The notes: a model not told the origin generated them from the letters alone. DNA of 63,520 nt, filler included, from Octopus bimaculoides (GCF_001194135.2; 4 parts of 4 records of this genome joined end to end with filler, not necessarily neighbours in it); one strand, 5' to 3'. Numbered from the whole stretch's first letter, positions 12,211 to 26,815 are shown. Numbers and translations are program-made.

Positions 12211-12498
12211 ATAGGCGCAGAAGTGGCTGTGTGGAAAGTAGCCTGCTTACCAACCACATGGTTCCGGGTTCAGTCTCACTGCGTGGCACCTTGTGAGTGG
12301 ATTTGGTAGACGGAAACTGAAAGAGGCCCGTCGTATATATGCATATGCGTGTGTGTGTATGTTTGTGTGTCTGTGTTTGTTCCCCCACTACCGCTTCACA
12401 ACCGATGTTGGTGTGTTTACGTCGCCGTCACTTAGCGGTTCAGCAAAAGAGACCGATAGAATAAGTTCTAGGCTTACAAAAAACAAGCCCCGAGGTCG
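12211..12498 (+). mobile_element. SINE family D with core deletion
   Basis: Clean head and tail; the segment between two CCTTG motifs is missing at ~12289-12293. Confidence 0.85.
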
Positions 12499-12518
12499 TC
12501 TATAGATAGATAGATAGG

Positions 12519-12580
<62 letters not shown>

Positions 12581-12720
12581 TGCATAAGTTCAGTCCGTTT
12601 CTGTAGTCTAGTGAGAATCGTTGTCATAAGAACTACGGCGAGAGAGAGAGAGCGTGCTCATTCATAGAGCTATTGTTAGTTATCATATCTTCTCTACCTG
12701 TCGCCCTGCTGCGTACTTAC

Positions 12721-12750
12721 TTGAACTCTAGTCTTCTTGGCCCTTTCGGT
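12721..12750 (-). CDS. Candidate 30-nt micro-exon
   Basis: On -: ...ATCGGCCTCAG|ACCGAAAGGGCCAAGAAGACTAGAGTTCAA|GTAAGTA; two of three frames open (TERAKKTRVQ or PKGPRRLEF). Confidence 0.2.
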
Positions 12751-13160
12751 CTGAGGCCGATAATATGATACAAAAATTCACAAACATATATACATTGATG
12801 TATGTGTAGGTATACAGAATGCAGAATTTAACATATAAATACATGTGCGTATTTGTGTGTGCATATGGATATATTGAATAAATACTTGACGCTGTCATCA
12901 AGACGTCTTCCTGATTTCGAGTGCAGCATTTTATTTGTGTCTGTATATTGGTGTTCTCTTCCCTTGTCTCTCAATGTAGGCTTCTCACACGTCGTTAGTC
13001 TTGGCAAGACTTTATTCCACTACCCATCAATATATTTGTTCATCTTAAACTGTCTTGGTTTCTATCTCTGTCTCTCTGTCTCTCTGTCTCTCTGTCTCTT
13101 TCTCTCTCTCTCCCTCCCCCCTCTCTCTCTCTCTGTCTACCTATCTGTCTATCTATCTGT

Positions 13161-13198
<38 letters not shown>

Positions 13199-13331
13199 AT
13201 GTATGTATGTATGTATGTATGTATGTATCTATCTATCTATCTATCCACCCATTTATCTATCTATCCATCTCTCTGTCTGACTGTATTTCTGTCTGACTGT
13301 ATTTCTGTCTGTCTGTCTCTCAGTCTCTGTG

Positions 13332-13378
<47 letters not shown>

Positions 13379-13414
13379 GTACCTATCTATCTATTTGTCA
13401 TTCATGCATTGTTT

Positions 13415-13456
<42 letters not shown>

Positions 13457-14546
13457 TTTCTTTCTCGCCCTGTTATTATTCCTATTGTTCCTTTGTTTAT
13501 TTATTCATCTGATGGTGACATATCCATATCAGTGTTAGTAGACACATAGGTCACATAGACACTGTTAGTTTTGTTGCAAGGCAACTATCATTTCTTCTTT
13601 CACAGTTTGGTCAGTGATCACTTAATTTTATTTACTCGTTTCAGTGTGGTTTTATTCCAGTCGCCATTTTGCTTTATTTTACTTTATCTTATTTAATCCT
13701 GTTTCCTTTTAGTTTCCACTCTGTACCTTTCGAATTGATTAAAAATAAAGAAAAAAAATACTAAAACAGACTAAAACAAATAACACCTGATAAGATCCCA
13801 GTAAAGCCTTCATGGCTATCGACACGTTTGGCAATCAACTTCGACCGCTTTTATATCTGTTTCTTGGATTCTATATTGATTTATAAAACAACAGATCTGT
13901 TCTAAAATACACCGCTACTTTGTGTCACTACAAGTACGATTTGTCGATATTATGCACTGGTCACATACTTCAAATGTGAAAACATTGTCTTAACATGATT
14001 TATCTGTCTTTAATCGCTAGAACTAATACTAACCGTGCGCACACATGCACATACATACACGTACAAATCCGTACAAATCCGTACCTCCCCGTATGCACAA
14101 CACGCGCACACACAAACGTACATGTAGTTGGTGTCTTTATAATGTATACACGATGAACTGCGTGTGAAAATCAGTTATATACATTCTCTAAAGGGATATA
14201 TATTTAAATATACGTATAAGTACGTTCAAATGACTACACTAACTGCAACACGTATATTTTTTCATTTTTGTTAAGATAATAAAAGGTATAGAAATACTTA
14301 AGAGTCAAAATTTAAACGCATATAACTAAATACACAGACACACACACACGCACACACACACACACACACGCACACATACACACAACAACAATAACAACAG
14401 CAACATAAGCACACTCACACAAGCACACTCACACGCACATGCACACACATATAGATAGATATAGATAATAGATAGATATAGATATATGTATATATGTGTG
14501 CATGCATATATATGTTTGCTTGTATATAATTACACATATATGTATA

Positions 14547-14633
<87 letters not shown>

Positions 14634-15497
14634 ATGTGTGTGTGTGTGTGTGAATGTTTTTGTGTGTGCGAGAGAGCAAGAGAGAGAGAGAGACAGAGGA
14701 ACAAGCGTGGGAATGAGTATGAGACTATCCAGTAATATGCATGAATGCATACAGAATTTATACGTTTTGTATATTTTCATGTTTATGTGCGCATGCACAA
14801 TGCGTATCCTTTTGTATACCCTATAAAGGGATAACCGAATATTTATGAAAACATTAAATAATCTCGAATTTGATCAAGTTTTACTGTTTTTATAAAGGAT
14901 TTTCCATAAGACCTCATTAATCGTTTGTTTACTTAATCCCAGAAATAATCTCTTTAGTCATAAGAAAGGTTCGTTGGACATAAGAAACTTATTTTCACGA
15001 ATATGTCTTTATTGCTAACAACCAATAAACACATATTCAAATATTAATACTTTATGAAATTTATTAAGATATGTGTAGCTATTTGGCACTAGGTTATCTC
15101 CCTGATTAAATATAATTATCATTAAATTATTTTCTAGCTCAGCCATAGCCCAAGGTATGGCTATGTGGTAAGAAGTTTGCTTCTCAACCAAATGGATCCG
15201 AGTTCAGTTCCACAGCGTAGAACCTTCGGCAAGTGTTTCCTAAAATAGCCTCCCATGAATTGTGGCATTGTGAGTGGATGTGAAACGAAGGCATTTTCAA
15301 CTTTCTTTACATATTTTCAACTCATAATTTTAACACGTGTTATTTACAGAATCTACAGTATTTTTGCTCCTCATATATATATATATATATATANNNNNNN
15401 NNNNNNNNNNNNNNNNNNNNNNNNNNNNNNNNNATATATTGCACGTTGTATCTCAGTTGACAGAAACTGTTAACTAGTTTTGTAGAACGAAAACTTT

Positions 15498-17100
15498 CAT
15501 TGCATGGCGAACCTGTGACACTCGTGTCAGTAGTGACACGCCGAGTATTTTTAAGTGACACGAGATAGACTTCATAAAAATCTACAAGTCACAAAACGCT
15601 TGCTAAAGCTGACAAAGAATTTTATGCTTTAAATATAACAGTATAAAAATATTGCTGTTTTTTTTTCTTGTTTCATTTTATTTGGTTTTCATTGATACGT
15701 GATATCTAATGATACAGCATTTTATGTTAAAACTCATAAATTAAAAGCGGCTTAGAAACTGACCGCTCGCGCAAGCTAACACGATATGACAAGTGCATGA
15801 TTTTAGCCTCTTTTTCGACTGCATTCTTATTTTCTGAAACGCGTTAATAACAGCCTTAATTGCCAATAAAAAACAATTAAATTATCACAAAAGGGAAGTG
15901 TGCGAAATTTTCAAGCTTCATAGACTAAACAATATGGTGTTGTCGATAAGGATGGTAAAGTTCCTTCTATATTTGTGTGAGTCGCTAGTTTTGAGGATAA
16001 ACTAGAATCAGAAGACATTTTTCCCTATGAACACCAGTGACTCTCAAAAAAGTCCGAAAAATGTGTATATCCCTATAGCTAATGTTGAAACACTCCCAGT
16101 CATGGCCGTTGTTTAAGTTCTTGGTATGGTCACAACATTTACCAGCTACAACTTTTAACATTCCGCGCTCTATTTTTGACCACTGAAAATTATTAAGCAA
16201 TGGTAAATTTGTATTAAGTGAATTTCATAAGTATGCTATTAAATAGTGTATAAATGTTTTGGAAATACGTAGAAATACAACCGAAGACAATGTTATGTAA
16301 ATTAATGTTAAAGTAGAACATCAATCTGAAGCACACTTGAGTATTTGCGACATATAAGATGTTTTTCTTGATGAGATCACTGATGTCATCAACCCCATTA
16401 GCTATTATTACAAGATATTATTACGATGGTAGCATTCATGGGATAAAATTAAAGAATTTGCCTAAAAAAAAAAACACAAAGGAAAGTCATGAGTGACAAT
16501 GTTCTTAAACTGTTTTGTGAAAGTTAAATGGATTTATAGAAATATTTTCGATTTTGACATGGTAAGCTTTGCAAAGTACTTTTACAAGATTTTAGATTTG
16601 CGCTCAACAATTGATTGTTAAGATCTTGATGAATATGGAGAGAGTGGGACAAACAATCAATCTGAGAGACGCTAGAAATTTTGATTTATTCTAAACGACG
16701 TTGAATTAACTGAAAATCTTTGACAAATAAGCAATAATTTACGATGGTTGAGTTACATCCAAATATCGTTTTAGATGTGAAGAAACCTGAGGTATTATTT
16801 TTCTCAGCTCATTGGTGTTTGAATAGCTCGGATACAAGGTTTTTGAAAATTTATTCATACGACATTTGTTATCAAAAAGAATTTGTAAGTAAATTAGTTA
16901 AATTTCAAAGGGATTTAGAAATTAAGTTTTAAGTGTTTATGAAAGATAAGGAAATGTGTTAAAGAAACCAGATTACGAATACTAAGCAACACTCAAAGTT
17001 GGGAGTTGTAAGGCCCGTAAATGAGTAGATTCCCTGGCACTCTTTAGAGGATGAGAAAAGCCAAACTAATTTATAAAATATCTTAATGGTCCAGATTTCA
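15498..17100 (+). pseudogene. Decayed hAT (Charlie/Buster-like) DNA transposon: terminus plus transposase fragments
   Basis: ATGGCGAACCTGTGACACTCGTGTCAG at ~15504 resembles hAT-Charlie termini; 16367 onward reads LDEITDVIN then, after a frameshift, PLAIITRYYYDGSIH, matching the hAT 'DE.TD.S...QL.I..RY' block; later IYDG and F..DLEI..VFMKDK. May extend to ~18050. Confidence 0.6.
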
Positions 17101-17568
17101 CGGATTCTAAAATTCGATGCAATCAACTGTGTGAATATTAAGAGAACTGAGAATGTTGTTTGTTCATTTTAAATTTAATCTTTTCTTTTTTTTTGGGGGG
17201 GGGGGATTGAACATGAAGCAAGTTTATAAGAAATTTAAGGAGAACAAGAAAATATATACAAATAATCGCGGGTAAACATTCAGGTCGTGAAATTAAATTC
17301 CTGAAAATTGTGCTGCTCTGAAAATTCCTACAAAAAACAAAAAAATCAAAATTAAACAAAACAAAAAAAAAACACTACAAAACATTTTCTCATCAACGAG
17401 TTGAATACCATAAACGCAAACAAAAGAAATGGAATGGATGTAAACTTGGTTTCAATCAGCGTGCCATTAAATTGCACGAGCGATATCTCACATAAACCAA
17501 CTGTTTTCCCAAACAAGGAAGTCATTAAAGGTAAGGAACATTTTTAAATATCGTTTTTGTCCTAGTTT

Positions 17569-17600
<32 letters not shown>

Positions 17601-18629
17601 TACATACACACATACACACATACACACACGCACACACACACATATACACACACACAGGTATATATTACATAAATATATTTTGATGTTTCAGGTAATAATG
17701 TTTAAAACTCTATGGTTTATTAAATTTTTGAAAAGTAGGCTGCTTATCTATATGCATTTTCCAAAAATGCAGCATATTTGTGTACGTTTATTTTACACTC
17801 CAATAACAGGATTTTTAGGAAGTTTAATTTGAAAAGTTTCACAACCATTTTCTCAGAACATCGTCTAAAATACGAGAAACGAAAAAGCTTATTGTTAAGA
17901 CCACCATGTTTGAAAGAAAAGCAGTTGCCTAGCTGAATGGGGATCAGTATGATGTTGAAGAAAGCTTTGAATTTTTGTCATATAACTGACAATAGCTCAA
18001 GAAGAGAAGGCCACGTGCAAAAAAGGAAGAGATATACTCAACTAATTTAAAACAGAAAACAACTACAGGATGTTGGGTTCTATCACACAGCAGGACTTCT
18101 TAGGCAAGCGTTTTGTACAACAATTTCAGGCATATCAAAGCTTTACAAATGAAGTTTGGGTGACGGAAGTTGCATGGAGTCTGGCCACACAGGAAGAACA
18201 CTTTCTGTCCATGAGGATAAGCTTAACCCGCCGTTCGTTTAAAATCTCAAACTGGCCCTTAGCAGCCTTTAGGAGAGTCCACTCTGTTTAAACCAATAAT
18301 CCTAGGTTTCTTGAGTACTCCCTTACTCCAGAAGACCTAAACAAACTGTGGATATTAACAATTCACGACTTCATAATTAAATTGTGAATTAAGTACCTAG
18401 ATGTAGATAAGTAGTTCAAACTGGTAATTAGTTTTGTCTCGTTGAGAATTGAACACAGATGATTAGTTGTTTACCTTAGTTCTCAGTTGTTCATTATATT
18501 ATCTGTGTTATATTAATGGAAAATGAGAACGTTCTTTCCCTCAGCCTCACGCAAACATTGATATACGCGCTTACTGTCATACATGTTTACATAGAGACAC
18601 AGACACATACACACACGCTATATGTCTAG

Positions 18630-18665
<36 letters not shown>

Positions 18666-18687
18666 CCATGTATGAATGTATTATACA

Positions 18688-18928
18688 TCGCCTTTTAAAG
18701 ATATCTCTACAGACTTTCTAAGGAAATTAGAGCCAACACCGAAAGTTGCGAAGTTTCGTATACGAATACGTCCATGTTAACAATGTGATTGAAGATAGAA
18801 AAGTAGGTGCCTATTTTTCTATCTTCGACTACGTTATTTACACGGACGTATCTGGGTAGGAAGCGTCGTAATTTTCATTGCTGGTCCTAATTCTATAGAA
18901 AATCTGTAAAGAAAATCTTTAGAAGTGA
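18688..18928. repeat. ~240-bp spacerless imperfect palindrome (fold-back, MITE-like)
   Basis: Arms 18766-18807 and 18810-18851 pair without gaps at 34 Watson-Crick, 4 G-T and 4 mismatched positions of 42; pairing continues outward to ~18688 and ~18928. Confidence 0.85.
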
Positions 18929-19069
18929 CTCGATTTCACTGCTAACACAGGGAGGATACTGTATTGACTTATAGCTTGGCCGCATGTTATGGTTGAGTAA
19001 CGAAATACGGTGTCCCTACCAGCAATTAATATTATACATACACATATATTTTTTACTTGTGTCCATCAC

Positions 19070-19410
19070 TGGACTGCAGCCATACTGGAGCACCGTCTTG
19101 AAGGATCTAGTCGCAAACAGTGATTCACGTATTTAGATTTTTTAAGCCAGGTACTTATTTTATCTTCGCAGGACCGCTAAGTTATGGAAACGTAAACAAA
19201 CCAAGTGATGGTGGGTGACAAACAATCAACCACGCAGGCACAAACACTTACAAATATACACACATGACAAGCTTCTTTAAGTTTCCGGAAACGAGATCCG
19301 CTCACAAAGAATCGGGGCAAAAATCTAAGATACTTATCCAAAGTGACTGGCAGTGGACCCAGAATCATGTAGCTGCAAAACAAGCGTCATGCCACGCAGC
19401 TGCGCCAGCA
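19070..19410 (-). mobile_element. SINE family D, diverged
   Basis: Tail GACTGCAGCCATACTGGAGCACCG through degenerate head. Confidence 0.7.
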
Positions 19411-19412
19411 CT

Positions 19413-19453
<41 letters not shown>

Positions 19454-19587
19454 GTCTCTGTCTGTCTGTCTGTCTCTGTCTCTCTCTCTCTCTATATATA
19501 TATATGCACGGTGGTGCATCAGCATGGCCGCAGCTCTGAGCTGAAACTTTGAAATGAAATATATATATATATATATATATATATGTG

Positions 19588-19653
<66 letters not shown>

Positions 19654-19887
19654 GATAGATAGATCGATCGATAGATAGGTAGATAGATAGACAGATAGAT
19701 AGATGCGTACGAAAACCCTACTTTTTTTTCGTCAAAGGCTTATATGCCCCCAAAATTTGACTATTTTCTTTAGTCATTACATAGTGATCACTTACAAGCT
19801 TTAAGCTTATAAAATATTATTATTAACATTTATTACAGGAATGTAAAAATCGATACTGCTTACCAAAAACCGAATACACACACACAG

Positions 19888-19947
<60 letters not shown>

Positions 19948-20042
19948 GTATGTATGTATGTAGGTATGTATGTATATACTTCCCCACACGCAAACACAGA
20001 TACACATATAGGGAGTAACAGAGTGAGATAAAAACACACAGG

Positions 20043-20159
<117 letters not shown>

Positions 20160-20614
20160 GGTAAACAGTAGACAACCATCTAAATATGCATACGCCCGCA
20201 TCTAAATGTTTTATGCGGGAGATGCAGAAATATCGATAAATATTCAATCTTGCTTGTATGTTTTTGTGTTTAATACTCTCAACAGATCCACTGATATGAT
20301 TTTATATATCATTTTAGTCATTCCTTTATTAGTTTATCCATCACACTTCATTTTCTAATCGCTTTCTATCCAAGTCGTTGAAAATTATTTTAACCTCATT
20401 GACATGTAATACTAATTTTACATTCTTTCTTTTGTTAAAACATTTATTTCAAAGTTTGCAAATGCAACGACTAATTCAGGTTACGGAAATATTTAACACG
20501 ATTTTAATGTTATAAATTCGTCTATAATGATCAATATCCTACAGTTCTGTCTATTAGGTCTTGTAAGCATTAAGCATATAAATTTACAAAATCGTTTATT
20601 TACTTTTTTATTCA

Positions 20615-20680
<66 letters not shown>
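20615..20680 (+). repeat. (ATT)n microsatellite
   Basis: Direct reading. Confidence 0.95.
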
Positions 20681-20974
20681 TTGCTTCGAACCGAACAATG
20701 AAAAAATTATTCCAGAAAACGTCATTTTCTGGCATTTTAAATGTTTTAATCAACCAAACAAATATTTGCATTCTTTCTTTTTTTTGTGGTTTAAGTGTTG
20801 CTGCCTTTATTTTTCTGCGGTCTNNNNNNNNNNNNNNNNNNNNNNNNNNNNNNNNNNNNNNNNNNNNNNNNNNNNNNNNNNNNNNNNNNNNNNNNNNNNN
20901 NNNNNNNNNNNNNNNNNNNNNNNNNNNNNNNNNNNNNNNNNNNNNNNNNNNNNNNNNNNNNNNNNNNNNNNNNN

Positions 20975-21068
<94 letters not shown>

Positions 21069-21624
21069 TGTATATAAGCATACATTTATATATACATTCA
21101 TACAAACATATGTGTATGTACCTATTCAACCAAATGCACACACACATACACACTCACACCGATACAGACGCTTACACACACTCTCTCTCACACACACTGA
21201 CGCATACACATTATATTAAAGCGTTAATATAATCAGAACCGAAATAGAATTACTGGAATTACTTTTAGTAGTTTCTTAAACAATGTTTCTCGAAAGTTCT
21301 TCATCCAATTACGAACAATTGTTGCGAGTACAACACAGTACTAATTTATTAAAGACTCCCAATAGGTTGTAGTATTTTGCTCTGAGTTATTTGATTCTCT
21401 ATAGTTTATCTCCGTCTAATAATATAAAATAAAAAAGTTATTCGGTGAAAATTTGTCAAGTAGAAATTTTTCAACTTTATTAATGAAGTGAAAACAATTT
21501 ATCGAACTAAAACAAAAACGATGATTATTTTCGATGAGAATAAAAAAAAAAAAATACAGAAATTAATGAAAATTGATTATACAATTTAGTGTTAAAATAA
21601 ACACTTTCTGTCTGTTAAACGAAT

Positions 21625-21625
21625 G

Positions 21626-21656
<31 letters not shown>

Positions 21657-21665
21657 TAATAGTAA

Positions 21666-21712
<47 letters not shown>

Positions 21713-21759
21713 ATAATAATAATAATAATAATAATAAAAATAATAATAATAATAATAAC

Positions 21760-21791
<32 letters not shown>

Positions 21792-21809
21792 CAACAATAA
21801 TAATAATAA

Positions 21810-21844
<35 letters not shown>

Positions 21845-21847
21845 GTA
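21625..21847 (+). repeat. Compound (AAT)n/(AGT)n/(AAC)n microsatellite running into a gap
   Basis: Direct reading. Confidence 0.95.
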
Positions 21848-22565
21848 NNNNNNNNNNNNNNNNNNNNNNNNNNNNNNNNNNNNNNNNNNNNNNNNNNNNN
21901 NNNNNNNNNNNNNNNNNNNNNNNNNNNNNNNNNNNNNNNNNNNNNNNNNNNNNNNNNNNNNNNNNNNNNNNNNNNNNNNNNNNNNNNNNNNNNNNNNNNN
22001 NNNNNNNNNNNNNNNNNNNNNNNNNNNNNNNNNNNNNNNNNNNNNNNNNNNNNNNNNNNNNNNNNNNNNNNNNNNNNNNNNNNNNNNNNNNNNNNNNNNN
22101 NNNNNNNNNNNNNNNNNNNNNNNNNNNNNNNNNNNNNNNNNNNNNNNNNNNNNNNNNNNNNNNNNNNNNNNNNNNNNNNNNNNNNNNNNNNNNNNNNNNN
22201 NNNNNNNNNNNNNNNNNNNNNNNNNNNNNNNNNNNNNNNNNNNNNNNNNNNNNNNNNNNNNNNNNNNNNNNNNNNNNNNNNNNNNNNNNNNNNNNNNNNN
22301 NNNNNNNNNNNNNNNNNNNNNNNNNNNNNNNNNNNNNNNNNNNNNNNNNNNNNNNNNNNNNNNNNNNNNNNNNNNNNNNNNNNNNNNNNNNNNNNNNNNN
22401 NNNNNNNNNNNNNNNNNNNNNNNNNNNNNNNNNNNNNNNNNNNNNNNNNNNNNNNNNNNNNNNNNNNNNNNNNNNNNNNNNNNNNNNNNNNNNNNNNNNN
22501 NNNNNNNNNNNNNNNNNNNNNNNNNNNNNNNNNNNNNNNNNNNTATATATGTATGTATGTATATA

Positions 22566-22948
22566 CTCTTTACTTGTTTCAGTCATTTGACTGTGGCCAT
22601 GCTGGAGCACCGCCTATAGTCGAGCACATCGACCCAAGGACTTATTCTCTGTAAGCCTAGTACTTATTCTATCGGTCTCTTTTGCCGAACTGCTATGTTA
22701 CGGGGATGTAAACACACCAGCATCAGTTGTCAAGCGATGTTGGAGGACAAACACAGACACACAAACATATATATATATATATATACGACGGGCTTCTTTC
22801 AGTTTCCGTCTACCAAATCTACTAACAAGGCTTTAGTCGCCCCGAGGCTATAGTAGACGACACTTGCCCAAGGTGACACGTAGTGGGACTGAACCCGGAA
22901 CCATGTGGTTCGTAAGCAAGGTACTTACCACACAGCCACTGCTACGCC
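22566..22948 (-). mobile_element. tRNA-derived CORE-type SINE, family D, best full-length copy
   Basis: On -: GGCGTAGCAGTGGCTGTGTGGTAAG (A-box), GGTTCCGGGTTCAGTCCC (B-box-like), CACCTTGGGCAAGTGTC core, internal (TA)n(TG)n, tail CCAGCATGGCCACAGTCAAATGACTGAAACAAGTAAAGAG. Confidence 0.88.
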
Positions 22949-23249
22949 TATATATGTATATATAATTAATAGAATTCATATACAAAAACATCCGTATAAT
23001 ATGACGTATATGTTACAGTATATTACATGCATTTTTTACGTTATATATGAGTGTGTATGTACATATATATATATATATATATATGTATATGTATATATAT
23101 ATATACATGTATATATATTTATGTATATATAGATATATATGTATATATATGTACATGTATATGTTTATATACATGTATATGTTTATGTACATGTATATAT
23201 TATATGTATATGTGTGTGTGTGTGTATGTATGTATGTATATATATATAA

Positions 23250-23342
<93 letters not shown>

Positions 23343-23727
23343 TATCATACACTTCAATACATATCACTTTGAACATGTGTATGAATGTGTTGTTAGATGT
23401 ATATGTATTTTGTTCAAAAATGAAAAAAAAAATGGTGGATGTGCTTTTCTTTTTGTCTCATTTTTGCCTGTTTGATTGGATTGTTTCGCAGTAATCTGAA
23501 AGTGACGTCATACGAAATACATAAATTTATGAAGATATCACGTACGTTGCTTTATAGGTATTATCAATACAGACTGCACACAGGCAGTGTAATTAGTGTT
23601 TATTATGCAAAACTGTCGACTTCATTCGAATAAAAAGCTATAATTTAAAAACCATTTATGCTTGCTTGTTTATTTGCGTGTATGTGTGTGTGTGTATGTC
23701 ACTGTGTGCATACGTGTGACTGTACGT

Positions 23728-23794
<67 letters not shown>

Positions 23795-24553
23795 NNNNNN
23801 NNNNNNNNNNNNNNNNNNNNNNNNNNNNNNNNNNNNNNNNNNNNNNNNNNNNNNNNNNNNNNNNNNNNNNNNNNNNNNNNNNNNNNNNNNNNNNNNNNNN
23901 NNNNNNNNNNNNNNNNNNNNNNNNNNNNNNNNNNNNNNNNNNNNNNNNNNNNNNNNNNNNNNNNNNNNNNNNNNNNNNNNNNNNNNNNNNNNNNNNNNNN
24001 NNNNNNNNNNNNNNNNNNNNNNNNNNNNNNNNNNNNNNNNNNNNNNNNNNNNNNNNNNNNNNNNNNNNNNNNNNNNNNNNNNNNNNNNNNNNNNNNNNNN
24101 NNNNNNNNNNNNNNNNNNNNNNNNNNNNNNNNNNNNNNNNNNNNNNNNNNNNNNNNNNNNNNNNNNNNNNNNNNNNNNNNNNNNNNNNNNNNNNNNNNNN
24201 NNNNNNNNNNNNNNNNNNNNNNNNNNNNNNNNNNNNNNNNNNNNNNNNNNNNNNNNNNNNNNNNNNNNNNNNNNNNNNNNNNNNNNNNNNNNNNNNNNNN
24301 NNNNNNNNNNNNNNNNNNNNNNNNNNNNNNNNNNNNNNNNNNNNNNNNNNNNNNNNNNNNNNNNNNNNNNNNNNNNNNNNNNNNNNNNNNNNNNNNNNNN
24401 NNNNNNNNNNNNNNNNNNNNNNNNNNNNNNNNNNNNNNNNNNNNNNNNNNNNNNNNNNNNNNNNNNNNNNNNNNNNNNNNNNNNNNNNNNNNNNNNNNNN
24501 NNNNNNNNNNNNNNNNNNNNNNNNNNNNNNNNNNNNNNNNNNNNNNNNNNNNN

Positions 24554-24592
<39 letters not shown>

Positions 24593-25259
24593 TATACATA
24601 TACACGTGGGTGGGGTGCATGTGGTCACGTGCGTATGTCAAATATTTTATAAATGAATTATATAAGACCAATTCTGTCCAATTTTCCGAAAGTTTTAAAC
24701 GAGTGCGCTCTGGAAATTTAAACAGATGTAAATACACCTTATTATTATTCTGTTTGCGCAGGGAATTAAGGAAATTATCCAGAAAATTTTTTATTTTACT
24801 TTCGTCGTTTGTAATAGAGTAGATACTCTTTATTAATTTTGTGCACTCGGACAATTTATAACAATCATCATTAAATCGCTAAATGAACCACAATCACTAA
24901 ATAAACCACAAACAACATATACGTGAAAACTAATTTACGGGGATGTTAATAAATAATTAGTAACTATTTTGTTTGGAACAAGATACTCTTGTATCATTTT
25001 ACATCTCAAGATATAGGAAAAGAAACCGTGTATACATATACACGTGCATATATGCGCAAAGATAGAGGGCAGAAATATAAACAGAAAAATTGGCTGAAAT
25101 AGATGGATAAATTGATAGCTAAAGTTATATATCTGTATATATGGTGGTGGTCGCCTACTCCTTGTTCAGAGTCTGACGATATATATTTATGTATACACAC
25201 ATTTTTTTTCTTTTTAACTGAAACCAGCAATTCGTACAAATTCGCACTTCAAAGCAAGT

Positions 25260-25540
25260 GGTATTGTTGCTTATACCGTTGAACTCATGGACAATTTGGA
25301 TTTCAAGTTGTTGGAATACACTGCATACAGTCCAGATCTTTCCCCTTCTGACTATCACCTTTTTGGATCGGTTAAGCATCCTTTACGAGATGGTCGAATT
25401 GCTAGGGACGAAGAAGGACGAAGGAAAAGAAGCGGTACATAAATTGTTAAACAACAAGCCGGAAACCTTCTTCTCCGACGGGATAAGGATAAGTGTATCG
25501 AAGAGTAAAGAGACTGTCGAAAATGGAGTAATTATTTAAC
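25260..25540 (+). pseudogene. Mariner transposase C-terminal fragment, frameshifted
   Basis: From 25302: FKLLEYTAYSPDLSPSDYHLFGSVKHPLRDGR (YSPDL..SDYHLF motif), then after a frameshift KEAVHKLLNNKPETFFSDGIR and KCIE. Confidence 0.85.
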
Positions 25541-25602
25541 TCTGCTTTTGTTTTAATAAATTATAGAAAAAAGAATGCGTATAATTTTTGATTTATTCTC
25601 GC

Positions 25603-25646
<44 letters not shown>

Positions 25647-25656
25647 NNNNNNNNNN

Positions 25657-25694
<38 letters not shown>

Positions 25695-26041
25695 CACACG
25701 CATATACATATACGCACATATACACATGCACACATATACACAAATGTGTGCGTATTTTCTCTCAGTTTTTGTTTCGAACATCGCCGCTACTTAATATCGC
25801 TCAATCGATTTTTTTAAATCTGCAGCCAAAATGTATTGATTTTTAGCATTGACACATTAAGAGGTTAGATATAGTTACCGAAAGCCATTTAAAGTATTTG
25901 ACTGTCTTGTGTCCAGTATGGAAGGATCAAGTTGAAATTTCATCCACGGAGATTTCAGCCCATAACATAAAAGCACATTTGTAAAAACGACATACATAAC
26001 TGTCGCAATCTCTAAATATCATTCATGAGGAATTTGAAACC

Positions 26042-26059
26042 ATTATTATTATTATTATG

Positions 26060-26118
<59 letters not shown>

Positions 26119-26297
26119 GTTTATTATTATTATTAATGAGTAGTTTTATTTTTATAGCGTGCTTTCACTTCACTACCGAGCGCAGCTCTGTGTGCCTTGG
26201 GTATGTGCTGTGGTTTGCTGTGATGCTCTTATGGTTACTGTATTGAAAGTGTTTTGCGTACGATGTGTGCAGTACCCAGTAGTGCAATTCTCTGTAT
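26042..26297 (-). mobile_element. 3' end of an R4/Dong-clade (RLE) non-LTR retrotransposon with a (TAA)n tail
   Basis: 26297-26235 (-) translates IQRIALLGTAHIVRKTLSIQ*, matching the C-terminal 'ALLGTAHILRK' pattern of Dong/R4 ORFs; short 3' UTR, then a long (TAA)n tract, the known Dong-type target and tail. Confidence 0.75.
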
Positions 26298-26815
26298 GGC
26301 AGAATCGTGAGCACGCTGGTCGAAAGGCTTAGGCGTATTTCGTCTGTCGTTAGATTGCGAGTTAAAATTTCTCCGTGGTCGACCTTGTCTTTCATTCTTT
26401 CGGGGTCGATGAAATAAGTAACAGTTATGCTCTGGGATCGATGAGATCGACTATCCCCCTCCCCCAGATTTCAGGCCTTTTGCCTTTAGCAGAAAGGATT
26501 ATTATTGTTATTACTAAGGCGACGAGCTGGCAGAATCGTTAGCACGCCGGTCGAAATGCTTAGTGGTATTTCGTCTGTCTTCACGTTCTGAGTTCAAATT
26601 CCGCCGAGGTCGATTTTGCCTCGTAATCCACTCATCCCATCCCCCAAAATTGCTGCCGTTGTGGCAAAATTTGAAACCATTATTATCATTATTATTATTA
26701 TTATTATTATTATTGCTTCGCGACATAAAAGGCAAAGTGGACCTCGTTGGCGTTTTGACTCAGAACATAAAGACGGACGAAATGCCGCTAAGCTTTTTGT
26801 TCGGTGTGTTAACGA
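26298..26815. mobile_element. Three SINE family B copies: 26298-26497 (+), 26516-26678 (+), 26716-26815 (-)
   Basis: Each aligns by eye to the family B consensus from 45461 and 49158; an (ATT)n tract separates the last two. Confidence 0.85.
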
